A DNA stretch of 63,836 bases, filler included, from Reticulomyxa filosa (GCA_000512085.1; 27 parts of 27 records of this genome joined end to end with filler, not necessarily neighbours in it); one strand, 5' to 3'; positions 26,615 to 40,306 are shown, numbered from the whole stretch's first letter. Program-made: numbers and translations. Notes: generated from the letters alone by a model not told the origin.

Positions 26615-27677
26615 ATGCACGATACCAAGACAAAACCAACAAGAAATCAAAGTATACTATTATATTTTGTTGGAGTTTCTTGTGTGCTGCTGTTTGTAAC
26701 AAACGTGCTTGCGGTCACCCTTTTCGTTTCCTCAAAAGACAGTTTGAAGCAGAATGTCTTTGTGATTGAGGGTGTGATTGCAGGGATGTACAAGAGACAA
26801 AAGAGCTGGGAGTACGAAAAATACTTTGACATTACAACGAACTTTATATCACCCGACCCAAGTGATGGCAGACCTCGTGTTTCCTTTCCGGGGGCAACGA
26901 TACTGCCATCGTTGGATGAAAGAGTTGAACTTGGATATTTGCTCTTGGATGAGAATAAGACTGTTGGCATCGAAGTTGGGGTGCAAAGAGGTGCTATTCA
27001 AAATTCTTTTTTTTTTTTAATGGATAACAAAACGAAACAAAAGAGGAGGGAGGAGAGATCCGAAAAAACGACCCAAAAGAAAGGGGATTATAAAAAAAAA
27101 TAATACGTATACAATTTTAAATTAAAAAAAAAAAGGCGATTTTTCTAATGAAATACTTAAAAGATGGACAACTTGTCAAAAGTTCATACTAGTTGATCCT
27201 TGGGTGAATCAAAGCAATTGGAAGGATCATGCCAATGTAGATCAAAAATATCAAGACGATAATTTTGAGGCGACAAAGGGGCTTCTCAAACAGTTTGAGT
27301 CTCGCTCCCCTGTTCCCGTGGAACTGGTATTTCATCGAAAATTTTCGAAGGACGCAGCGCCATTAATCCCTAATGAAAGTGTCGATTTTATATACCTTGA
27401 TGCCAGACACGACTATTCCAGCATTGTGGAAGACTTGCATTTATACTGGCCCAAACTTAGGGCCAACGGTATCTTCAGTGGACATGACTTTATCAATGCA
27501 CCAGAAGCCTACCAAAAATGGGGCCAAGACTGGTGTTTGCAACCTGACGGTACCAACTGTGTTCGAGGCAAAGCTGTTCAAGCTGCAGTTGAGGAATTTG
27601 CTCGTAAAGTTGGCAGGCAGTTCACCATTACTAAGAAAGAAGCTATTTTCGCTTCGACGTGGTACATGAGAAAGTGA
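26615..27677 (+). CDS. Type II membrane-anchored class I SAM methyltransferase (Methyltransf_24 family); exons 26615-26990 and 27136-27677
   Basis: N-terminal TM ILLYFVGVSCVLLFVTNVLAVTLFV; GIEVGVQRG|DFS; ILVDPW; SVDFIYLDARHDY..EDLHLYWPKLRANGIFSGHDF. Confidence 0.9.
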
Positions 27678-28713
27678 GATTTGTACGTCTCTCAATGTTC
27701 AAAAAGGTTCATTTTTAAAGCTTTTTGCTTTGTTGTAAAAAAAAGACCTAATTTTACTTTTTCACAACGTGCATTTTTTTTGTTGAGGTACATTTTGTTT
27801 GCAAAAAAATGGCACCCACTTCAAGAGGAAAATTGCCTGCACAATTAAGTTCTTAAGAACTTGAAAGAAAACATCAAAATTTACATGTTTATCCAATTGG
27901 ATGTTGCATTCACGTTAAACGCAAAACTAAATGCTTACCCACAATTATCTTAATCTCAATGTGCTAACTTTTATGGTGTTGAAGTACAAATTTAATTAAC
28001 ACAAAATCATAAATAAAATCAAGTGAACAAATTCACCGAAAAAGCACGAGGTGGGACTCAACCCGTCGGAGGCAAAGTGCCAAGGAAATCTCTTTTCCTC
28101 CAAACTTTCTTTCACTCTTTCTCTCAGCTTCTTTTTTCTTGTTTTTTGTTTTGCCTATCCGATTTATTTCCGTTTTGAAATTTGCCGAAAGGGTATAACT
28201 TTTTAGAGTATATTTATGCGGCACTAGCCTGCACTATTCTTAAATTGTTTCAGGTATGATTACTATTTGTCTTCTATGATTATAAAAATATATATGAGTT
28301 CAATGACATATATCAGTAAGCAAAAAAATTTTACAATGAAAATACCATCATATAAGACAGGCAATTCTATGGAAAATTAGATTTCAAAATTTTAAAATTG
28401 TCACGTGTTTCAGTTTCAAACAGCAATAAATTTTTCTCGTTAATTTTTAAAAGAGGTATGACAAAAAATGAAAAAATTAGTTTCAATTGTATGTTGATAT
28501 GTGTTGTCAAAAAAAATAGTTTAATTGAAGTGTAATAAGAGTCCATGCGTTATCGTTCGTGCTCCATCGCTAACAAATTTTGCTCTTATAATTTTATCGT
28601 CATTAAATTGTATNNNNNNNNNNNNNNNNNNNNNNNNNNNNNNNNNNNNNNNNNNNNTTAATTAATTAANNNNNNNNNNNNNNNNNNNNNNNNNNNNNNN
28701 NNNNNNNNNNNNN

Positions 28714-28757
<44 letters not shown>

Positions 28758-29023
28758 TGAAACAATTCCAAAACCATTAAAAAAAAAACAAAAAAAAAAC
28801 AAACTGAGTTCAGAAAGGAGGAGTTGATTTGTTGATTTTTTTTCTTTTTTTTTGTTCTTAAGAGTACTTATTTGATGTTTCCAAAACAAATGTACACAAG
28901 TGTTTACATAAGTTTTATCTATTATTTTTCGGTCTCTCTTTTTTTTTTTTGTGAAATGTCAAACGCACAAGCAGGTAAGCATAGAATGATTGAAAGCAAC
29001 AAAAAAAAAAAAAATAACGTGTC

Positions 29024-31135
29024 TTAAAACAAATGGAAAACGACCCCATTGTTGTACACATATTCTCTCCCATTCGATTTGGGATATTGCACTACACACG
29101 TGTTTGTATTAACGTTAGTATTCGTGTTAGGATCAGTGATCTGAACAACACCTTTTTGATTCAGATTGGTATCCATTGCAATGTAGCCAATCGAAGGGAC
29201 CTTAAGTAGCGACAACTTTGCAGCAAGGACATCATCAAAACCAGGTGGTTTTAGATTACTCTCATTTTCTTTGCCGGACACAGGTACTACATTTCGGCTC
29301 ATTTTTTTTTTGGCGTGCTGATTTGCTTGGTGCTTGCTCGTCGGCGGTAGCGCTGCTTTGAATACTTTTTCTCAAAGTCCCTTTCGTCGAATACTTCTCC
29401 CCGTGCTATGGCATTGCGCTTCGCAATGTCCAAACGTTGTTGTCGGCAAGCCCCACATTCGCAGGTGCCACGACAAGCGGGGCAAGCAAACGTGCATTCT
29501 TTTATTATCGATTGCGAAGCTAAGCTACCCCTTTTTTTTTTTTTTTTGATAACCAAAACAAAAAACAACAAATAAACAAATAATAAAATTAAATGCCATT
29601 AACAAACTATCTAAAACAAAACTTTTTTTGAAAGTGACTTCGAAATGCAGATTGCGCATTGATCAGTACATGAATGGTATTTATGTCAAAGTACTTCTTC
29701 AAACAGTTTTCACAAAATTTCTTGCTGCATTTCCCAAACTTGAATTATATGTTTTTAAAAATACACAACATAACAATACATATTAAAAAAAAAGCATTAT
29801 GAACAAAAGTAATTCTCATACAGCGCGATTTGCTTACAAAAAAAAAAACAATGTCCACATACACACAAAACTTTATTGTTGCAATTTTGAGTGCAAAATG
29901 CCAATTGTGACATGTCCTTTCTTTTTTTGCATTGATGACAACTGGACGGAAGCACTCTGGTAACAGCCAAATTTTTGAGGAGACCGATGTTGTAATTAGG
30001 ACTGGCATTGCTATTAGTTTGATTTTTGTCTTTGTTTGCGAAGGGGTATTCGTGGCAATGAGTGTTTGTGATTGAATTGACTGTTGTGATATTCCATTGT
30101 GTTTTGCAAAATACAACCCAAGACATTGCAAAAAGTTTCAAATGATATTTTTGGTTTGGTTTGGTTTAGTTTAGTTTAGTTTGATTTGATTTGGTTTTGC
30201 ACAAAAGCGTGTGCTTTGTATTGAAATGTCCCTTTTTTTTTCCCTTCCTCCTAGCAAAAACAAACGTTTGGTCGAGTCGTTGAGCAAATCGGGAATATCA
30301 AAAACAGGAAGGTCATCCCAAGAGCACGGTCCATTATAATCATTCGAGGACAGTTTGGTGGATGACAACATTGCTGTTGTTGCTGTTGTTGATGATGATA
30401 CTGCTGACATAGGAATGACACTTGGTACAGGGTGAACAAACTTTGATTGGGTCGAATCGGTTGGAAGTTGCATGCAAGAAATGACACAAGGCAGCGACGT
30501 CACCGCTCGTAGCGGCGACATTGGTGTTATCGGTAATACCGCCGATAAGTAATTATCTTTCGACCCAGGTCCGTCTAATCGTGGTTTCTTTGGCTGTGTC
30601 AACTCCTCAAAACCATTTTCCGGGTATTTTCTTTTGTTACTACTGTTACCATAATTAGCGCGATCACTTGCGCTGACTTTCCGGTTTTTTCCGATCCTTA
30701 CTGTCAAAGCACTTTTATCCATTACACCTTTTGGAAACTCGACTGAACTACATCTTTGGATTAGTTTTCGACCATGGTCCAATTGTGACCATTCTTTATT
30801 ATCGGCAGATAGCGCGCTCTGGGTTTACAATTTTTTTTAAATCACATTTCACCCGCCCCCCCCCTTTTTCTTTAAAAAAAAAAATTAATTTTGAGATTAG
30901 ATTTTTGCACAGGAAATGTGCGAAAATGTGTAACTTTGGGAACGACGAATAATCGTTCGACAAAATTTGGAATTGGTTGTGTCGATTCGTCCGATATTTC
31001 AATTTTCCACACGTTTTTTTCGTTATCCACGTACACAAAATACCATTCCATGCTTTGCAATGTTAACAGCCCATCCCCTTGCGGACCACCGTTATTGCCT
31101 TGTGTCATTTGCGCTTGTATGACTTCGCGCAACTA
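29024..31135 (-). CDS. Multi-exon protein with zf-4CXXC_R1 (CDCA7-type) zinc finger
   Basis: Across three exons: SSCHQCKKRK..FC..C | GKCSKKFCENCLKKYF | FACPACRGTCECGACRQQR, matching the SCHQC..KFC..CL..CP.CRG.C.C..CR signature. Frame slip in the A10 run at 29302-29311. Confidence 0.75.
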
Positions 31136-31242
31136 TTTTATTNNNNNNNNNNNNNNNNNNNNNNNNNNNNNNNNNNNNNNNNNNNNTTAATTAATTAANN
31201 NNNNNNNNNNNNNNNNNNNNNNNNNNNNNNNNNNNNNNNNNN

Positions 31243-32540
31243 TATATGTATTTTTTAAATATGTATATTGTCATCCATACATCTTTTTCAATTTCATTAA
31301 ACAGCATTTTGAGGCCAATCATCCAAGATATTGGACTTTTTTTGCTATTTTCAGCTTTGAAGTCTCCAAAGTGATAAATGCCTAATCTCGGAGAGCACAC
31401 AGCAAAAGAGTGATACGTGAGAATTTTTTCTTCCTCCTCTTCGTCTTCGTCTTCGTCTGGTCCTCTCTCTTGTCCTTGTTTTTTTTTAGATGCGTATTTG
31501 GGTGACACATTTGTCTCGTTTTGTAAGAGTGGTTTGTTATCTTGCGAGGATGGCGATGGCACGCTGGCAGTGACGAATTCGCTTCCGGTGGAGTTGGGTT
31601 GATTTGATATTGGCGACAATGACGACGCTAAAGACGTGGTGGAGGAGCTATGTCTCTTGGCCACCGTTGAGTTGTGACGAACGCCACCAGCAAAAGACAC
31701 TTCTTTATTGCTCGTGTTCGTAGAGATAAATATGACAGTCTCCTCTTCGCACAATGTTCGTAAATTCTGCAGAATCAAATTATCTCGCGTCTTCTTAGTT
31801 GTGAAAAAACATGTGGGATGCAAAAAGCCACGATTGTTGCGAGTTCGTCCTGGGATGCCTTCCACTCGGACAATTTTCAATACCGATTCGGGTATTTCAA
31901 AATATTGTTGAAGAGATTCAAAAAGCATATCCAAAAACGATGTTTTCATCCATCTTTTGTTGTGCATAACAACAATAGCACAATTGTTTGCTTGTTTGTG
32001 TCTTTTTTTAAAAAATACAAATAAGGTAACTCATGTTGGTGAATATAAGGGTAAATCATTTGTTGGTACGCCGAGCGTCGCCTTTCTGGAAAAAGGTTTA
32101 AATCATCATCGATATCTCGTGTGGTTAAATGGTTCTCTTTGGTCGGTTCTTGATCGCTTGTGATCATGACTCGATTGCACATCTCTTGGAATCGCTTCAT
32201 CACAAACTGGTGATCGATTTCAAACACGCTCATTGTGTAGGGCTGATTTTCAAATCTTTCGTCGATATTCGACGCATTTAACCCATGCGTTTCAATGTTT
32301 TGATCCCGCCTTTTGTAAATTATTCGTAGCTTTCCATTCTGAAGTTGGCCCGGCATGTCAAACAAACAAGCAGACATCTTTTTCGAAATTTTCGCTTATT
32401 AATTTGATATTTTTTAAAATAATATTGAAATCAGACAACAAACTTCTTCAACTGCCTCAGGATTGAGTTTACGCTTTTTTCGGATTTCATTGCCAACCTC
32501 CGTTATATGCTCTCGCTTTATTGTATGTTTGAATTGAATT
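31243..32540 (-). CDS. Hypothetical multi-exon protein (possibly the 5' part of the zf-4CXXC_R1 gene across the linker)
   Basis: ORFs 31946-32377 and 31191-31967 are separated by a short AT-rich intron-like segment; same strand as the next contig's gene. Confidence 0.55.
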
Positions 32541-33889
32541 ATGTCTGATATCTGAACAAGTGTATCTCAAATATTCCAATTTGATGTTGTTTTTTTTTTG
32601 TTTTTTTTTTTTTTTGCAAGAATGAACTCAACTNNNNNNNNNNNNNNNNNNNNNNNNNNNNNNNNNNNNNNNNNNNNTTAATTAATTAANNNNNNNNNNN
32701 NNNNNNNNNNNNNNNNNNNNNNNNNNNNNNNNNACAATAAACAACAATTAAGCTCAAGTATCTATTCAAATAATACACCAACGCACTACATACAAATCAC
32801 ACTGTAGGGTAAAGCCATATTATACAAGTTCAAATAAAGGAACTGTGGGACCCCCTGTGGGTTAAACCTTCTTAACAACACAACTCACTTTGTTTTAGTT
32901 TCTTTAGTTGTTTTCTTTCATTGAGTTGCAATTATTCTCGTTAATTCACTTTCATTTTCCTAAAATTACTTTTCAGAACTAAGTTTCCTTTCGTATTACA
33001 CTTAGTCTCCTCAGTGTTCCTACAACACTAATCGCAAAAACATACAAATCATTCCAAACACACATAATACGAGTCAAGTAACGCTTAAAACACACGACAA
33101 CAAGCGTACATCAATCAAGGCACTTAACATACAATCACGTAAATCACTTGACAAAACATTTCATCATATAATCGTATAAAAAAAATACAATGATTTCAAA
33201 ATGTCACTGTCAGAGTTGTCAACTGCTTTGTTCTTTTCGCTAGATGATGCAGCAAAATGTCTAACACTTAATTTGCGAGTCTCTTGGTTCGTTTGCTAAT
33301 TATTTGATATCTTTTCAATAAATGATATATATACATTATAATGCAAAAGAGAATTGAAAACTAAAACAGCACCTTAAAGTGATAATTGATTTTCTTCATG
33401 AAGAAACAACATTTTGATATAAATCTTGTTGTTTTTTTGTCCAAACCATTTATTGTGGAATATTTTTTTTGAAAATGCTTAAAAAAAGTCGTTAAATCTC
33501 ATTGTCACTATACATACAATATGTCAGCCTTTTCTCATAAACTTTCCAAAATCAATAAAATATTCAAATTTTCAAACGATTGTTAAATATTTAATAAAAA
33601 ACTAAACTAAATCATATCTAAAAACTGCACGATTCGTATATACTTTTAAAAAAATTAGCTCTATACGTTGTTTCTTAGTGCACAATTGACAGCTAAAAAA
33701 AAGATCACCATAAAATGAACCAATTATTAACTATTTAATGTTAAGATCTCTGATCGATAATGATACTTAGCTAAGTATTTATTATTATTNNNNNNNNNNN
33801 NNNNNNNNNNNNNNNNNNNNNNNNNNNNNNNNNTTAATTAATTAANNNNNNNNNNNNNNNNNNNNNNNNNNNNNNNNNNNNNNNNNNNN

Positions 33890-34443
33890 GCATCACCGTC
33901 TTGATGATGGTCATCTGCAGTGGCCACACTAGTGTTGACATTGTCAACGTCGCTCTCGTCATCAGTGGCACAGTTGACAGGAAGAAGAAATACATCTTCG
34001 CATTTATCATGGATTTGGGTTGTCTGTTTTTCACTCGACCACTAACATAAGTTGGATTTGGGAGGTAGTTGTCTTGTGCTATTACTTTAGGAGGGACACA
34101 ACAAGGGGGAGGGGGCCAACTTATTATTATTTGACAGTGTGCCATCATTGCTTGTTTCTTGACCATTATTGTTCAGTGTCGTTTCTTCGGTCACCACTTT
34201 TGGGAACTTGCTTGTTTCATGCCAGTAGTTACCAGAAGCATCTGCTAATGTAGTCGCACATGTCAATCCCAGTGTTTTCCGGCGCTGTTCCACTTGCTTT
34301 GCGATTACCACTTGCTCCAAACGTGAAGACTTTGGATTATGTTCAGGCCCTTGTAGTATTGTAAGCGCAAGTTTTTTGCACTCTTTTCGTGAATGGCTAC
34401 CACTCACGCTACTGCTACTATGTTTAATATTGCAATTGGCCAT
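33890..34443 (-). pseudogene. Disrupted hypothetical coding sequence
   Basis: ORF MANCNIKHSSSS..LAPSPLLCPS continues in another frame through a stop to ..DDESDVDNVNTSVATADDHHQD. Confidence 0.35.
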
Positions 34444-35364
34444 TACTAAAAAAAAAATCAACCTACCTTTCTTTCGTCACATGGACAACAGCGCAACAAA
34501 TTTTTTTTGAAAAAAAAAAAAGAAACTTGATTAACTCTGCATTGATTTTGTCCAAAAATGAAAACAAACTGCTCTTAATAAAGAAAGAAATCAAGTATTA
34601 GTTAGTTATTAATTTCTTTCACCGTTTTAATTTTCTAATATTAGTGCCTCACTTGTACATCCACTTTTCATTGTATATCCAAATTAAAGTAAAAAAATTG
34701 TAACTGGTTTTTAATACGATATTAATAGTCAGTTTGCGTTTATTTTAGGAATATCAGATGAGATATTAGAATATGTGTACTTAAAAATAAAAAAGAAATG
34801 CAGCTATGAAGTCAATTGTGACTAATGCGTTATAATTTTCTAAAAATAGATAAGTGCTATATTCAAATGAGTATGTGTAAGAACTAACAGTTTTTGAAAA
34901 TTCGGAGATTTTCTTGGAGGCAAAGTACTTAATATCGAAAATAGAAAAATAGACCACTGTTGCTGAGTATTCTAAGCTTGTTTTGCTGAGCACGAAAAGG
35001 AAAAAGGTCGTTCAAAAAAATCTTGTTAAAAGTTATTCGGATCATTCATCAATTCTTAAGCAATAGTTGCTGATTGAATACCTTTTTTTTTTTNNNNNNN
35101 NNNNNNNNNNNNNNNNNNNNNNNNNNNNNNNNNNNNNTTAATTAATTAANNNNNNNNNNNNNNNNNNNNNNNNNNNNNNNNNNNNNNNNNNNNTATATTG
35201 CATTAAGTTAAATGGGAAAAATACCTGAATGACCGACAGGTAACAATACTTTACATTCAAGTTGTTATTGTTTATAAACTGCTATTGAGATAGAAGGGAT
35301 AAGAGGACAAATGAACAAAATAAAATTCAATATTTTGCTTTTTTTAAAAAAAAAAAAAAAAGAC

Positions 35365-36470
35365 ATTGATGGTGGTGTAATCAAATGGCAATCGACGAAG
35401 ACGGCATTCAGCATTGCAGTCACTTCGCTGCCCGAGTTCGACCAAGACAGCAACGCAGCTCGAAAGAGTCCAAAATAGACAGAATCGAAGAAAACGACAA
35501 CTAGCATCTTGAAGTGGATGAAATTGTGGAATTGACCAATGGCATGGCGGCCACGATCCGTTTCATTGTGTATCACTCATTTTGCGACAGATGAGCAGAT
35601 AGATTTGGAGTGGCATGCGCACAAAGGAATACGTTACACTATATGTCGAACCAAAGCGATATGATCATTTGTGAAAGAAGCAAAACGTTGCCACGACGAA
35701 TGTCCAGAATGTGAAGATGTGAAGGCGAGTTTTGAAGTTGCGACACCATTCTGGAGCTTACAAAAAGGAATCAGCATGGTGTGATCACAGCTATCGTTAT
35801 GTGAGCAAATCCACCAAACAAGATTAGTGTTTCCAATGTCAAAATGTGAAAATCGACTTGTAATTTTGGATTGCATATCAAAACTACACCAGTCGATGAT
35901 AATCACAAAGAGGATATCCACGACCTTTCGAGCTCAGTATCGTCATGTGAACGAGCAAATGGATCTTTGATGAAATCGACATTGAAGGTGCATTATTCGA
36001 ACTGTTCCAAAAAGACCAAGATGCTGATCACGATATGAATGAAAAGATAAAATCCAACTCAATGACGTGGTTCATTTCTTTGATCAATATAAGGGACATG
36101 CCGACATTCAAGAAATATGATATGTATCAAAGTATTAATTCGACAGAGAACTCTCTTTATTCCCCCCAATCACGTGAGAAATTCCAAGAGGCCTGGAAAG
36201 AATTTTCATCCGACATTACAAAGGTATGATTGAATCCAATGGGAAGCTGCTGCACACGATTATGACAATGGCAAGTGGAAACACGCCGGCGAACAAGGGA
36301 AGCTAGATTGTTGTGAAAATTTGGCGTTACGTTTATGACGCGGAACAACAATCGAAATGCATAGATTGATTACTCGGAAGAATCATGAGCTCGTGAGATA
36401 TTGAGCATTGATTATTGATGAAGAGATAGAAAGAGCTGTTGCACTTTTTGACTCGAACAAGCACCAGTCG
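35365..36470 (+). pseudogene. Decayed gene containing a CAP-Gly-like domain
   Basis: About 35505-35675 reads HLEVDEIVELTNGMAATIRFI / THFATDEQIDLE..KGIRYTIC..SFVK across a frameshift. This resembles CAP-Gly LxVGDRV..GxIRFIGxTxFA..GxRYFxC..FV; many stops downstream. Confidence 0.55.
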
Positions 36471-36570
36471 NNNNNNNNNNNNNNNNNNNNNNNNNNNNNN
36501 NNNNNNNNNNNNNNTTAATTAATTAANNNNNNNNNNNNNNNNNNNNNNNNNNNNNNNNNNNNNNNNNNNN

Positions 36571-36783
36571 ACATTCACATGATTTTCTTTAATAAGTGTT
36601 TAAATTTTATTTTTGCTTTACTTTTATTAAAAGAGGTAAATTGAATCTCAATATTTCCCTGAGACTTCAACACTTCGAAATCAAGGCTCAGATGATTCAG
36701 TTTAGCATTAGCATTGCTCCTGTAATTCCCCCTGGCCATTCCACAGTGAATAGCCAAATTTGTTTTCACAACTGTTGATTGAT
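36571..36783 (-). repeat. Dispersed ~210-bp repeat, copy 1
   Basis: The reverse complement aligns by eye to 47141-47344 (atcaatcaacagttgt..tgtggaatg..ctgagccttg..cgaagtgttgaagtctcag..gagattcaatt.acctctttta..catgtgaatgt). Confidence 0.9.
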
Positions 36784-39223
36784 CTAAAAAAAAATTGCTT
36801 ACGCTGCAGATTTCGATAGAAACTGCAGAAATAACGATTTTTTTTGATCCACCAAATACATTAAATGCATCATGCATGGAATGCAAATCTTTCGACATAA
36901 CACTCCAGATCTTCCTGTTTCACTCCAGTGATGAACATAAAGATACTGGAAATTATAATCAATGTCCTTATTCTTTGATCTAAATCCTTTTTGCAATAAA
37001 CAGATATAGGACTGCTTTTGATGCAAATTTTATTCTAATGTTTGTGCATTGGAATAAAGTCCGTTGATGTTGTTCTGGGATACTAATAAACTGCTGCATT
37101 GTAACCAAGCACCTCACACGGAATACAGTACTACAAAGTAATCAATAAATACAACATTATGCATACTTATGCACTCTTACTTACCAAAGAGAAAACACAA
37201 TAAAAGTAAAAAAAAGTTAAAATAACAAAGAAGCATAATGAAAAAATGAATATAAAACAATAAACAAAGACATTTTAATATTTCTTTCATAAATTGTGGA
37301 ATATCAACGTGGATTTTATTCCAACTGGTTGGTATCTCAGTGCCTCCAAATTCCTTAAGAAACACAAAATACGAAAGGAAAAACACTTTAAACGCACCGA
37401 ATGAAAATTATAGAATAAACATTTATTCAAAACACATCAATGGAACAAACAATTAATTTACTTTATTGCCGATACTCTTCACAGTTAATTCATCAAAATT
37501 TTGAGTGTAGCCTTTGGCTTCATTTCGTCCTTTCCCTTTAGCGTTGGCGTTTTTACCCCTATTTTGGCTTTGAGTGCCGCTAATGATGAGATGTGTTATA
37601 TTTTTTTTTTAGATGGGCGTGTCATGTGTTGGACTACTCTCTCGCTTCATCCTCAACTTGCAATGCTTTTTGCCCTCTCTACCTCAGGTCTTTCTAGTTA
37701 AAAGAGCACCTTTAAGGTTTGTGGTGGTAATTAGATTGTGAATTGTGTCTCTTGTAAGTTGAATGATATTTACGCTTCTTGAATCTGACATCACATATGC
37801 TGCTGTCTCGAAGAGTCTGAGCGAAATCCCAAATGGATCCTTGGATTTCATCTGAACTCCACAGAGATGATACAAAGGCCATCAACTGAGTGATGATCAC
37901 CAAAGCTTGAAGAATAAATTGAAATCTTGTTACAATGAGATATATGACAAAATTTGATCTCATTCAAACAATTTTAAATTAAAACTATAGCTTCAAAGCT
38001 GGAAGGTTTTTTGTTGGCTACTTTTGTAACATATTGTCCTTCGAACCTTTTTGTGATAATCACAAGTTGAATGTTTTTGCCTCTCCTATATGGAGCAAGG
38101 ATCCCTTTGTGATCATATTTAGATTCTTTGAGGCAACAAATTTAAACAAAACTATTGGCACTCAAAAACAAGATATGATAAAAAAGTTAAATTTTTTTTT
38201 CCTTGGACTTTTCTTTAGTTGTTTGCCTCATTGCTGTAAAAGCTTTTCCTTTTTTTCCATATTGTTGCCTTTTTCGTTTCTCTTTTCTTTTGTTTCTTGG
38301 CCTTGTATGCTTTGGCTCCGATCTTGAAGCAGCTTTTGTTCTTTTTTCTGGCCTCTAACGGCCTTTCCTTCATTAAGTCAATTCTATTCATTTCGGTCAA
38401 TCATTTGGTGATTGATCTCCGCCGAATTCACTGTCAACTGATTAAGTTTAAGTTATGTGATGAACAACGGTATTTTAACGAAATTTACCAATTTTTTTTT
38501 TTTTTGCGTAATCTACATTTGCCAAGCTACCAGCAATAATGAACTATATTTAATAAAATAAAAAGAGCATAAGAAATAATTTTAATAAACACCACAAATG
38601 TGAAAGAAAAAACTAATGACGCAAAATAAAGTGCACAAATGTAGTCAAACAAAAATGGCAAAAATTTCCAAAAACTTAAAATTTAAGCAATTCTTTAAAA
38701 ACAAGATTTAATAAACCAAAACCATATTTGAAAACTACAATATTCGTATATTTTACATCTGGATGTTGTTTCTCTATTAAGAAAATCGATCGCTCTATAA
38801 GGTGATGCTTTATGTTTACTTTCTTTTGCATTCTACTGTATTTTATTGTCTGTAGTTTTGTCATTATGTGTCAATGTATTTACATTCCTCCGAATTGAAC
38901 ACATTTGAATTTTTTTCTACTGCTCGTTTGGAATCACTTACAAATGTAACCCTTGTAATGTGCAGTTTTAAATCTTTCCACTTTTTTATATTAAGTTTCA
39001 TTTTTTGAATAGTATATAATATTTTATCTTCTATTTACGAACAGAAACGTTCTTCATAAACATAATACTATTGATCTATGTGTTCTTTATATTTTATGTT
39101 TGCTTTTGTTTTTATTCTTTGTCACAGTTTGAACTAAGATGACAAGCACTTGTAAAAAACGTTCTTTCTAAGTGTTTCAAGTTTCTCAAAAAAGTCTTTC
39201 AACAAGCCCCTTGCGAAAGAAAA

Positions 39224-40130
39224 ATGATGTCCTTTCCAACAAATTTCAAAGAAACCCAACTCTTTCACATGCACAAGCGATTACTAAATCGGCTAAGTCG
39301 AGTACAAAGTATGAAAGAGCTGACAAGATTTCTTGTACTCTTTAGTTCTGAAGAACTGAAGGAAATAATCAGGAACAAGTTGAACGAAGAAATAGAAAGG
39401 GGCGAAAAGAATGAAAATAATACTGACTTTTATTTCGTGCAAAACAAGATTCGTGATGTATATTTATGTACGGGTTCATTTGATGAAATCTTGCCAACAA
39501 CTGTGCAGCTACATATCCTTTCTTTTTTGGGTCATGATTCTTTTAAAAGTTTGCCTTTTCTATCCAAGTCATTATGGCATACATTTTGTTCCAGTCCTGT
39601 CTTATTCAAAAAGGTACAAAAAAAAAAAGGAATTTAAAAAATCCAAACATGTTTTTTTTTATTTTAAACAAAAAAAGTACACATTGACATTCATTGAGTT
39701 CAAAGAAAGAAATACAAGCATTTTCCAGGAACAAAGTACTTCAAGAAAAAATACGGAAAAAAAGGATATCGAGCATGAACAAAAGCCAAAGAGATTATGT
39801 GTTGAACATAAAGCAAATAAGGTAATGATCAAAGTATTTATTCCAGAAGCATTCAATGAAAATGTTGACAGCAAAGTCGATGATACTGTGAGTGCATTGG
39901 ATCGGTTGGGTCAATTTCCTTGGCATAGTATTCGTAAATGGAATGTGAATGGTATCCAACTTCAGAAATTGTATTTGTATTTTGTACAAAGGCCAATATC
40001 GCTTTATCGCTCTGTGTTTGATTCATGTTCGAATACGAATTGGAGGCAGCTTGTGTCGGGCTGGAAAACATTAATTGAGAACGAAAAGAATCCATTTGAT
40101 AGATGGGATATGTCGGATTGCAAGGAGTTG
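39224..40130 (+). CDS. F-box-containing protein, 3'-truncated (intron about 39613-39677)
   Basis: FDEILPTTVQLHILSFLGHDSFKSLPFLSKSLW fits the F-box consensus; the second exon continues to the linker. Confidence 0.65.
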
Positions 40131-40306
40131 NNNNNNNNNNNNNNNNNNNNNNNNNNNNNNNNNNNNNNNNNNNNTTAATTAATTAANNNNNNNNNNNNNN
40201 NNNNNNNNNNNNNNNNNNNNNNNNNNNNNNGAAGAAGAAGATGACACCAAGGAGCAAATAAACAAAATGACAACAACAATAATAGACAGGAAGCGTGCGT
40301 AAAGAC

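Noticed and set aside
30150-30196. (TTGGT/TTAGT/TTGAT)n pentamer run resembling a telomeric repeat
   Set aside because: Short, heterogeneous and located inside an intron; an ordinary microsatellite.
37500-38400. Lys-rich minus-strand ORFs resembling histone H1
   Set aside because: No globular domain motif; the composition is explained by A-rich sequence or pseudogene decay.
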